32,000 nt of DNA from Nitrosopumilus maritimus SCM1 (GTDB lineage Archaea > Thermoproteota > Nitrososphaeria > Nitrososphaerales > Nitrosopumilaceae): NCBI RefSeq assembly GCF_000018465.1, contig NC_010085.1:1350001-1382000 (forward strand), read 5' to 3'. The notes beneath the pieces are model-generated. The model had not been told where the DNA came from, did not search any database, and saw only the letters and a program-made list of their open reading frames with translations. This document shows positions 23,674-31,904 of the stretch, piece after piece; position 1 is the stretch's first letter; the number at the start of each line of letters is the position of its first letter. A program made the position numbers and the translations under genes.

Positions 23674-23878
23674 CATTACAAAAGAAAAGGCAGAGACTGT
23701 CAAAAAAGCACTAGAGCCAGATAATGTAGATTTTCCAGAAGGATTGAGTCTTGATGTTGAAAATGTTGATAACAAACTAGTTTTTAATTTTGAAAGTAAG
23801 AAGAACATGAAACAGCTAATTGGAACCATAGATGAAGTGATGGACCACATCCAGGTGGCACTAAAGGTGATAGAGTAA
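23636..23878 (+). CDS. pcc1: KEOPS complex subunit Pcc1-like
   Basis: The 80-aa sequence ...VQIVLSNITKEKAETVKKALEPDNVDFPEGLSLDVENVDNKLVFNFESKKNMKQLIGTIDEVMDHIQVALKVIE has the Pcc1/CTAG beta-beta-beta-alpha pattern. It overlaps both the preceding and following genes. Confidence 0.7.
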   Translation: MSLTCQVQIVLSNITKEKAETVKKALEPDNVDFPEGLSLDVENVDNKLVFNFESKKNMKQLIGTIDEVMDHIQVALKVIE

Positions 23879-25143
23879 TGCTAGACCCAAAACTACTCAA
23901 AGAAAAACCACAGGTGATCAGAGACATGCTCAAGGCAAGAGCAGTAGATTTTGATTTGGATGGATTGATAGAGTCTGACCAAAAAAGACGAGAGTTTATC
24001 ATAAAAACTGACGAGTTCAAAAAGAGAAGAAATGAGATTGGAAATGAAATCGCTCAAAAGAAAAAGGCAGGAGAAGACACATCGACAATTCTAGATGAGA
24101 TGAAAAATGTCTCAGCAGAACTTGCAAAACTAGAATCACAACAAGAAGAGATTGAAAGTAAATATGCAAAATTAGCATTTACAGTTCCAAACTTGGTTCA
24201 CGAATCAGTTCCAGTAGGACCTGATGATACTGCAAACAAAGAGATGAGAAAGTGGGGAGAGATTCCACAGTTTGATTTTAAGATAAATGATCACATTGAC
24301 ATGTCTGAGAATTTGGATTTGGTAGATTTAGAGAGAGCAGCCAAAGTTGCAGGTGCCAGATTCTATTATCTCAAAAATGATTTGGTAAGACTAAACCAAT
24401 CACTAATTCACTTTGCATTAGACTTTTTAGCAGAAAAAGAGTATTCGCTAGTACAACCGCCATACATGATTAATCGCTCATCAATGGAAGGCGCAGTAAT
24501 TGCAGATGACTTTGAGGAAGTAATCTACAAAGTTGAAGAAGAGGATCTCTACATGATTGGTACATCAGAGCATGCAATGGCAGCAATGCACTCTAAAGAG
24601 ATTATTGAAGGAAAAGATCTTCCAATAAGATATGCCGGAGTAAGTCCATGTTTTAGAAAAGAAGCAGGAGCACATGGCAGAGACCAGAAAGGAATCTTTA
24701 GAGTCCACCAGTTTGACAAGATTGAACAGTTTGTCTATGCAAGACCTGAAGACTCTTGGAAAGAACATGAAAAGATGTTGGCAGTAGCTGAAGAGTTTTA
24801 CCAGAAACTAGAGATTCCACACAGAGTCATGTTATTGTCAACTGGAGACATGGGAAAGATTTCTGCCAAGACATACGATATTGAAGCATGGATGGCAGGA
24901 CAAAATTCCTATAGGGAAATAGTATCGTGTTCAAACTGCCTTGATTACCAAGCAAGGAGACTCAAAATCAGATTCAGAGACAAGACAAATGAAGACACAC
25001 AGTACATCCACACATTAAACAGCACACTGGTAGCCACAACCAGAGTACTGGTATCAATTATGGAGAATTTCCAGACAAAGGATGGCCATATCAAAATTCC
25101 TCAAGTTTTACAGAGTTACATGGGAAATCAGAAAGAGATCTAG
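23878..25143 (+). CDS. serS: Seryl-tRNA synthetase
   Basis: N-terminal coiled-coil arm, class II motif 2 region FRKEAGAHGRDQKGIFRVHQFDKIEQF, and motif 3 region TLNSTLVATTRVLVSIMEN. The start overlaps the pcc1 stop (TAATG). Confidence 0.95.
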   Translation: MLDPKLLKEKPQVIRDMLKARAVDFDLDGLIESDQKRREFIIKTDEFKKRRNEIGNEIAQKKKAGEDTSTILDEMKNVSAELAKLESQQEEIESKYAKLAFTVPNLVHESVPVGPDDTANKEMRKWGEIPQFDFKINDHIDMSENLDLVDLERAAKVAGARFYYLKNDLVRLNQSLIHFALDFLAEKEYSLVQPPYMINRSSMEGAVIADDFEEVIYKVEEEDLYMIGTSEHAMAAMHSKEIIEGKDLPIRYAGVSPCFRKEAGAHGRDQKGIFRVHQFDKIEQFVYARPEDSWKEHEKMLAVAEEFYQKLEIPHRVMLLSTGDMGKISAKTYDIEAWMAGQNSYREIVSCSNCLDYQARRLKIRFRDKTNEDTQYIHTLNSTLVATTRVLVSIMENFQTKDGHIKIPQVLQSYMGNQKEI

Positions 25144-25183
25144 TGACATACCCTTATATTTTGGGTTCAAAGGTCGATAATAA

Positions 25184-25795
25184 TTGGCACGTAGAAAAGG
25201 TAGAGTAAAGGACAAGTGGCGTGAAAAACGCTGGGTTACTGTAAATGCTCCAGATTCATTTAACAATGTACCAATTGGATATGTTCCAATTACAGATGAT
25301 GAGAATGCAGCTGGCAGAGTTTTAGAAGTTACACTTTACGATATCCTAAAAGGAGATCCTTCACAACACCAATACAAGATCTATTTCCAAATTAACAAAG
25401 TTGATGGAGACAATGCATCAACAATCTTCAAGAGATTCGAATATTCAAAAGAATTTTTGCGCAGTCTTGTTAGACGTGGTTCATCAAAGATTAATTTCAT
25501 TATTGATGTAAAAACAAAAGATGGTTACATCTTTAGAATCAAAGTAATTGCATTAACTCACAGACAACTCAACACATCTAGAAAACATGCACTTAGATTA
25601 ATTGCAAGAGATGTTATCAACAAACAAGTTCCAGACATGACAATTGAGCAATTTGTTCAAGCAACATGTTACAGTAAAATCAATTCAGACATTATGGCTG
25701 CATTCAAAAAAGTCATCAGAGTAAGACATGTTGGTCTTGAAAAAGTCAAACTCATCAGAACTGCTGAGAAAGAAACAGTTTTGCTTGAAGCATAA
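25184..25795 (+). CDS. rps3ae: 30S ribosomal protein S3Ae (eS1)
   Basis: MARRKGRVKDKWREKRWVTVNAPDSF is the S3Ae N-terminus. TTG start. Confidence 0.92.
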   Translation: MARRKGRVKDKWREKRWVTVNAPDSFNNVPIGYVPITDDENAAGRVLEVTLYDILKGDPSQHQYKIYFQINKVDGDNASTIFKRFEYSKEFLRSLVRRGSSKINFIIDVKTKDGYIFRIKVIALTHRQLNTSRKHALRLIARDVINKQVPDMTIEQFVQATCYSKINSDIMAAFKKVIRVRHVGLEKVKLIRTAEKETVLLEA

Positions 25796-25821
25796 ACAGT
25801 CAATCATATCCTAGTAGAATA

Positions 25822-26247
25822 ATGAATGATAAGATAGAGATTACAGTTGATGCCATAGTTCATGCAACTGAAGATATCTCAAAAATTTTTCAAGCCTTTG
25901 AAATTTTAGAATTGCAAGAAGATGATTTTACCATTAACGAAACAACAGGGCATTTTGATAATCCCATAGTCATGCTAAATGCAAAGATTGTCAAAAAACA
26001 GGCTCTAAACTTTCTAAAAAGATTGATAGAATTACTCCCACAAGAGCAGATTGACGAGTTGATAGATGAGATTGAAGAGAGAACAGTTGACTCTAGATTT
26101 CACATGAGACTAGACAAGCAAGAGTTGGTAAAGGGCAACGTTACAATCAGTGAAAAGGACACAATAAAATTAAAAATTCACACGCCCATCTACAACAAAA
26201 AAGATACCGTCAAAACATTTACAGAAATTTTTCAGATTGCCAACTAG
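25822..26247 (+). CDS. UPF0201/COG1931-type predicted RNA-binding protein
   Basis: 141 aa. IEITVDAIVHATEDISKI...RFHMRLDKQELVKGNV matches my recollection of the small archaeal family commonly encoded next to S3Ae. Called from memory of the pattern only. Confidence 0.6.
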   Translation: MNDKIEITVDAIVHATEDISKIFQAFEILELQEDDFTINETTGHFDNPIVMLNAKIVKKQALNFLKRLIELLPQEQIDELIDEIEERTVDSRFHMRLDKQELVKGNVTISEKDTIKLKIHTPIYNKKDTVKTFTEIFQIAN

Positions 26248-26275
26248 ATTAAATAGAATAAAATCACATTATCAA

Positions 26276-26348
26276 TTGGGAATGAGGAAATAACAGCCGC
26301 TCCAGTCTGAGCGAAAGCATTGAAGACGCCGCGACGAACCGACCCCAA
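26276..26348 (+). ncRNA. Possible C/D box sRNA (non-canonical boxes)
   Basis: Terminal stem TTGGG (26276-80)/CCCAA (26344-48). C box ATGAGGA (26282-88), D' CTGA (26307-10), C' TTGAAGA (26320-26), a 12-nt spacer CGCCGCGACGAA, and D box CCGA (26339-42). The C-box U5>G and D-box U2>C changes are mutually compensatory. A TTAAATAG box (26249-56) lies about 24 nt upstream. The first spacer is 18 nt, not 12. Confidence 0.35.
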
Positions 26349-26437
26349 ATTTTGAATCGATCAATTACTCAAAAAAACACTATTCCTTAGACATTTTCAT
26401 GGTATTATTTTAAATACGGACAGACGAACCTGTTATC

Positions 26438-27895
26438 GTGGCAGATTATGATGTTATAATTGCAGGTGGAGGACTTGCAGGAACAATTACAGCTCAAGCT
26501 ATTTCTCATTACACAAATCAAAACGCAAAGATCTTGGTAGTTGACAGAAACTCTGCAATGCTACCAGGTAGAAAGTCATTGTCTGGTTGGGTCTGCGGAG
26601 ACGCATGCTCCAAAGAAGCAGTGGATTTCATGACAGAAAGAATCAAGGTGGAATGGACCAGACCAGAAATCGAACATGACGTAAAAGGTGTCATGGCATT
26701 TTCTCCAGACAAAGAAACTGCAATTCCATTTGATGGTGCAGGTTACATGTTGAATCGTCAAAAACTACCAGAGATTCAAAATGAAAGATGTCAAAAGATG
26801 GGAATCGATTTTGAATTTGAAAAAAATCTTTCAGGTCTAATTTACGAAGGTCAACAAGTTGTCGGTGTCCAGGGAACAGATGCCAAAACAAGTGAGCCAT
26901 TCAAAAAGACAGCAAAGCTTGTCATTGATGCTACAGGTGTTGCATCCATGCTCAGAAATGGACTAAAGAACTCTACCAAAGTAGAAAAAAGAATCGACAG
27001 ACGAGACTTGGAATCAACTGGCAGATACATCATGTATTTTGAGCCAGGACAAAAAGAACTTTCAGAGTTTGATCCAGATTATTGTATTATTCACTTAGAC
27101 CAAGATATTGCTCCAGGTGGATATGGATGGGTATTTCCAAAAGCAGACAACAAAGTAAACATTGGTCTTGGAGTTGAAAAATCACTTTTAGAAAGAAGAA
27201 ACAAAAGATTAGGCAAAAAAGACAATGTCGAATCTCTAATGAAAGAATATTTGGAAAGAAATACTGTAATTAAAAATCCAACACTATCACAAGATCCTGA
27301 AGACATTAACAACAACACAGGAATATTCCAAGTTTCAGTTAGAAGACAAAATGATTGTATGGTTTCAGCTGGTTACATGATGGTTGGAGATTCTGCATGG
27401 ATGCCAAAACCAATTGATGCAGGGGGAATCGGTCCGGCACTAATTGCAGGAACTATTCTTGGAAACAATGTTGCACAAGCATTAGAAGCAAATGATGTTT
27501 CAGAAGCTGGCTTGTGGCAATACAATTTAGATTTCATCAAAGAGTACGGTTACAAGACTGCAGGTCTTGAATTGTTTAGAAGACTAGTTCAACAAATGAC
27601 AAACGAGCAAATCAGTTACGGTATGAAACACTTTTTGGGAAACATGGATGTAGAGTCGATCAGCAAAGGTGAACATCCAGACTTTTCAGGACTAGGAAAA
27701 CTTGGAATGATAATTAGAGGTGCAATGAACAAAACAGTTGCAGATGGTTTGAGATACACATCAAAAGAAAATCAATGGTTAGTAGAACATTACAATAATT
27801 ATCCAAAAGACCCATCTGGTTTTGATGAGTGGAACAAAACACTTCATGGAAGAATGGATGCAGCTTTTGCAAAAGTAGAAGCATTTGGAAAATAG
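26438..27895 (+). CDS. Geranylgeranyl reductase-family FAD-dependent oxidoreductase
   Basis: YDVIIAGGGLAGT (FAD dinucleotide fold), GWVCGDACSKEA (conserved Cys region) and GGYGWVFPK are typical of archaeal GGR-like lipid reductases. 485 aa with a C-terminal extension. GTG start, with an A/T box about 28 nt upstream. Confidence 0.85.
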   Translation: MADYDVIIAGGGLAGTITAQAISHYTNQNAKILVVDRNSAMLPGRKSLSGWVCGDACSKEAVDFMTERIKVEWTRPEIEHDVKGVMAFSPDKETAIPFDGAGYMLNRQKLPEIQNERCQKMGIDFEFEKNLSGLIYEGQQVVGVQGTDAKTSEPFKKTAKLVIDATGVASMLRNGLKNSTKVEKRIDRRDLESTGRYIMYFEPGQKELSEFDPDYCIIHLDQDIAPGGYGWVFPKADNKVNIGLGVEKSLLERRNKRLGKKDNVESLMKEYLERNTVIKNPTLSQDPEDINNNTGIFQVSVRRQNDCMVSAGYMMVGDSAWMPKPIDAGGIGPALIAGTILGNNVAQALEANDVSEAGLWQYNLDFIKEYGYKTAGLELFRRLVQQMTNEQISYGMKHFLGNMDVESISKGEHPDFSGLGKLGMIIRGAMNKTVADGLRYTSKENQWLVEHYNNYPKDPSGFDEWNKTLHGRMDAAFAKVEAFGK

Positions 27896-27935
27896 ATCTA
27901 ACAATAAATATTGTCGATATTAATGAAAACGTACT

Positions 27936-28730
27936 TTGGAAGAAGTACAGTATCTAGATTGGAATAACTCAATTCAGACTCTAAACAAGGCATACGAGAC
28001 TGGCCTTTTTGTGCTCATTATAGGACCAAAAGGTACAGGAAAGACATCACTAGTTAGAGATTTTGCAAAAGGCAAGGGAATCAATCTAGAATCAATAAAT
28101 TTCAGCCTCAGAACAAGGGAGAGTCACTTGGTTGGAACCAAAACCCTCACAGATGGAACCGTGAGTTTTGATGAAGGTCTCTTGATAAAATCAATGAGGG
28201 AAGGCAGCATGTTATACTTGGATGAAATCAATTCAGCTGAAGCTGATGTTTTACTTAGATTAGATGAAGCACTAGATGACAGACGACAAATCGCATTAAA
28301 AGAATCTACAGGTGAAGTTGTAAAGGCAAAAGAAAACTGGTTTGTTGTTGCAACAATCAATCCGTTAACTCACAGTGGAACAAAGGAACTGCCTCCACAA
28401 CTCTTAAGCAGATTCCCAGTACGAATCAGACTAGAGTATCCACCTGAAGAAGTAGAATTAGAGATTGTAAAAAAGCACGTGTCAGGAGAACATGATTCAG
28501 AAATTGTTCAAGCAATCAAACTAGCAAATACGTTACGACAAGCAGCAGCAGTTGAAGAGTTGTTTTACTCTCCTAGTATGAGAGAGACAATTGCTTTTGC
28601 AAAGTTACTAGATAAAGGAATGGCTGCAAAAGAAGCTGCCAATTTTGTTTTTGGAAATGTGTACACACAATGGGGAGACATAGAATATCAAAAAGTAAGT
28701 GACATCATTACCTCAATGTTTGGAAACTAA
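27936..28730 (+). CDS. MoxR-class AAA+ ATPase of the CbbQ/NorQ (AAA_5) type
   Basis: 264 aa. Walker A is IIGPKGTGKTS and Walker B is MLYLDEIN. The size and single-AAA layout match the CbbQ/NirQ/NorQ group. The TTG start is forced by Walker A lying at aa 29-37 with no upstream Met. Confidence 0.85.
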   Translation: MEEVQYLDWNNSIQTLNKAYETGLFVLIIGPKGTGKTSLVRDFAKGKGINLESINFSLRTRESHLVGTKTLTDGTVSFDEGLLIKSMREGSMLYLDEINSAEADVLLRLDEALDDRRQIALKESTGEVVKAKENWFVVATINPLTHSGTKELPPQLLSRFPVRIRLEYPPEEVELEIVKKHVSGEHDSEIVQAIKLANTLRQAAAVEELFYSPSMRETIAFAKLLDKGMAAKEAANFVFGNVYTQWGDIEYQKVSDIITSMFGN

Positions 28731-30293
28731 ATGCAATCAGTTAAGCTTCAAAACGAATCACTAGTAGAGATTGCCACATTTCTTGTAAGACGATGGTCTG
28801 AAAGAGACAACATTGTTGTAGAAATCTCAGACAAAACTGAAACAAAAACAAGACTAAAAGAAAACAAGGTAATTCTTACACCGCTAGAGAAAAGAGTAGG
28901 AAACGATTTTCAAAAGTACAGACAGTTTAGAACATCACTATGGTATGAGGCAATGAGAATAAAGTTCTGCAAGAAAATTCTCAGCAATGATCATGCATTT
29001 GGATTCATCCTAAACACAATGGAGACAAGACGTGTAGAGGAACTAGGAAGAAAGATTTGGAAAGGAATGGATGATGAAATCATCTTCAATTACGCCTACA
29101 TGCTTGTGGCCAGACCTCAATTGCACACAGTTTATGGAAAAGCAAGGATTGTTGAGGCATTCTATCAATATTTCATGTTTGGAGCAGTCAAGGGAGAAGT
29201 TCAGTCTAGTCATTTTGAAAAAATTAGAAAGGCAGATGCATTTGCAAAAAAAATGGTAAGCAAAGCAATTGAAGAAAATCACGACACAGATTGGCTTGAA
29301 AAAAATGTCAGTGAAATCATAAAAATTCTAGAGATTGATTCTCTACTAACAATTCCAGTATCACTACCATTTATGAAAGCAGGAATGCCACTTTCTGAAG
29401 AAGAACTGCTAAGAGTCTTGAAGATAGTTTCCAAAAACAAAGAAGGAGACTTTGGCAAAGTAGATCCTTCTGCAATATTGAAGGGAGAAGATGTAATTGA
29501 TGAGTATAATGTTTTACTTGATGAAGACAAGAAAACAGAGAACAAGGGACTGATGCCTGAAGCAATAGGAATCCAAATCCCAACTACAAGAAATGTAGAT
29601 GAGACTGTAATCTATGACATGAGTTTGATTAATGGACTAAAAACAAAATTCAAAGAATGGAAGACAGGTTGGAAGGAACAACATGTCAGATCAGGAGAAG
29701 AGTTTGATGAGGAAAACTACATTGAAGGAAATGAACCATTCTTTACAGATATTAAAAAATCAATCAAAACAAAAATTGTCATACTGTTAGATCATTCATC
29801 TAGTATTTCGTCGGATGCAATTGAATACAAAAAAGCAACGCTTGCACTTTGCGAAGTCTTGGCATATCTCAAAGTAAAATTTGCAGTCTATGCGTTTAGT
29901 ACAGAAAACAGATCAGTTGTTTGTTGGTCCATAAAACCAGACAACATGAAATGGAATAACGTTACTGCAAAAAGATTGGCACAAATAGTTGCAAACGGTT
30001 CTACACCACTAGCTGAAGTGTATGACAAGATGTTTCCAATCTTACAATCAAAGAGACCAGACATCCTCTTGACATTGACTGATGGTGAGCCATCAGACCC
30101 TGATGCAGTCAGAAACATGACAAAATCACTCAAAAGTCTAGGCATAAGTATGGTCGCCTTAGGCCTGGGACCAAATACTGTAAGGGCAACAACTATTGCA
30201 AACAATCTAAGACATTTGGGGTATGAAAAAACAATGGCAGTAAGCCGTCTAAGAGATATTCCAAACAAGGTAATCAAGATTTTAGATATCTAG
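28731..30293 (+). CDS. von Willebrand factor A (VWA) domain protein, NorD/CbbO-like partner of the AAA+ ATPase
   Basis: The ATG immediately follows the ATPase stop (TAAATG). The C-terminal VWA domain has MIDAS residues (VILLDHSSSIS ... NGSTP ... LTLTDGEPSD). A long helical N-terminal region matches NorD/CbbO-type adaptors. Confidence 0.85.
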   Translation: MQSVKLQNESLVEIATFLVRRWSERDNIVVEISDKTETKTRLKENKVILTPLEKRVGNDFQKYRQFRTSLWYEAMRIKFCKKILSNDHAFGFILNTMETRRVEELGRKIWKGMDDEIIFNYAYMLVARPQLHTVYGKARIVEAFYQYFMFGAVKGEVQSSHFEKIRKADAFAKKMVSKAIEENHDTDWLEKNVSEIIKILEIDSLLTIPVSLPFMKAGMPLSEEELLRVLKIVSKNKEGDFGKVDPSAILKGEDVIDEYNVLLDEDKKTENKGLMPEAIGIQIPTTRNVDETVIYDMSLINGLKTKFKEWKTGWKEQHVRSGEEFDEENYIEGNEPFFTDIKKSIKTKIVILLDHSSSISSDAIEYKKATLALCEVLAYLKVKFAVYAFSTENRSVVCWSIKPDNMKWNNVTAKRLAQIVANGSTPLAEVYDKMFPILQSKRPDILLTLTDGEPSDPDAVRNMTKSLKSLGISMVALGLGPNTVRATTIANNLRHLGYEKTMAVSRLRDIPNKVIKILDI

Positions 30294-30358
30294 TCCAAAA
30301 TAGGCTGAACTAATTTTCTATAGATATTTTATTGAGAAAAAATTAGCCAAATCAGAAA

Positions 30359-31903
30359 TTGTCAGAAAATCAAAATTACGATCCTGCATTGCTTGAAAAG
30401 TTTGAGCAAGAGATATGGAACAAGATTCCACATGTAGAAGGAGACAAGATAGTTAACGCAACACCACTAGTTGACTTGACTGCAGATTTGAAAGAATGTG
30501 CAAAGAGTGTCTTTAAACTAAACCTTGATGACAAGGATTTCAAAATTTACGGAAAGTTTGATTCAGAATTACTTAGCGGCTCCATCAAAGTAAGAGCAGC
30601 ATCACACATCATTCACGAGGCAATCAAAGAAGGAAAATGTAATGGAAAGAGAGTAGTAATTGAAGCCACATCAGGGAACTTTGGAATTGCATTAGGATTA
30701 TTATCAAAACTTGGTGTAACTGTAGTTGCACTTGTTTCAAGAAAATTACAAGAGGGCGTCTTCAAAGAATTAAGAAACGAGAATATCAAAATTATGGATT
30801 TGGATATGGATATTTGTCCAGCTCCTGGAATGGAGAACAAAGCAGACGAGATGGCTGCTAAAGCAACTGCAGGAAATATTCGCTCACAGTTAACTGAGAT
30901 GGGATTTGATCCTCAAATCTTTGACAACAACCTTACAGAGATTGAAGCACTGTTAGCAAAACAAGACATCATTAATTTGGCAAGATACCTTGCAGACATT
31001 TACGATTTGTTTTGCCCAAAGCAATACGACAATGAACTAAACATTGACATTCACAATACAGTAACTGCACCTGAAATTGATCAGCAATTACACGAACTTG
31101 GTGATTCCCTAGAAGATTATGCATTGTATTGTTCATTTGGAACAGGCGGCACATCAGGTGGTTTGAGCAAATACATGACTGAAAAATACAACAAAAAGGC
31201 AGTTCATGTAGTATTTCCCCCACTAGGTCAAGATGTTGCAGGAATCAGAACAAAATCAAAGGCTGAAGGACTCACACTATACAATCCTGAATCATACACA
31301 GAACACGAGATTGACTTTGAGAATGCAAAATTGATTCTCAAGTATATGGTAGATAAGGGACATGACATTGGTGAGAGCAGTGCATTGGAATTGTTTGCAG
31401 CACTAGAGATGGCATACAAGGGTGAAATCAAAAAGGCAGTAGTAATGATTGCAGATGGAATTGACAAATACAGGAAGAATTTTGAGATGATTGGAAAGGG
31501 CAGTGATGTTCCAATGAGAGTGTCACTAGAAGATGCAGCAGCTGTTGCAGGAGATTATGATAATATTATTTGGGTTCACACACAGTACACACCTAAAGAA
31601 GAAGGAATCGAGATTATTGCAAAGTCATTAGGTGTTGATAAATCAAAAATTACTATACCAAAAGCATCTACTATCAACAACCTATTATCAACACAACAAG
31701 TTCCTGAAGAACTTAGCAAAGAACTAGATGGCTCTAAGGGAAAATCATTGTTAGTGTGTATGGCAGGAAACACATCACTTATGACTGCACAAGTTTTAGC
31801 AAGCAAAGGAATAGTTACCCAGAGTTTGAATGGCGGAATAACCAATTTGCCTGAAGGAAGAGGTAAAAATCCTGGTGAATACATTCAGGTAGCTAGAGAA
31901 TAA
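30359..31903 (+). CDS. PLP-dependent fold-type II (cysteine synthase/threonine synthase-like) enzyme fused to a C-terminal rhodanese-like domain
   Basis: SGSIKVRAA (PLP-lysine region), ATSGNFGIALG and SFGTGGTSGG (phosphate-binding loop) define the PALP fold. An insert lies at about aa 150-215. The C-terminal approximately 120 aa look rhodanese-like, with ...KSLLVCMAGNTSLMTAQVLASKGI...LNGGI (Cys loop). TTG start. Confidence 0.75.
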   Translation: MSENQNYDPALLEKFEQEIWNKIPHVEGDKIVNATPLVDLTADLKECAKSVFKLNLDDKDFKIYGKFDSELLSGSIKVRAASHIIHEAIKEGKCNGKRVVIEATSGNFGIALGLLSKLGVTVVALVSRKLQEGVFKELRNENIKIMDLDMDICPAPGMENKADEMAAKATAGNIRSQLTEMGFDPQIFDNNLTEIEALLAKQDIINLARYLADIYDLFCPKQYDNELNIDIHNTVTAPEIDQQLHELGDSLEDYALYCSFGTGGTSGGLSKYMTEKYNKKAVHVVFPPLGQDVAGIRTKSKAEGLTLYNPESYTEHEIDFENAKLILKYMVDKGHDIGESSALELFAALEMAYKGEIKKAVVMIADGIDKYRKNFEMIGKGSDVPMRVSLEDAAAVAGDYDNIIWVHTQYTPKEEGIEIIAKSLGVDKSKITIPKASTINNLLSTQQVPEELSKELDGSKGKSLLVCMAGNTSLMTAQVLASKGIVTQSLNGGITNLPEGRGKNPGEYIQVARE

Positions 31904-31904
31904 T

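Noticed and set aside
25135-25140. GAGATC at the serS stop, upstream of S3Ae, as another copy of the amo-cluster promoter core
   Set aside because: It lies inside the serS coding end, in the opposite orientation relative to the downstream gene. I use it instead as evidence that the 6-mer alone occurs by chance.
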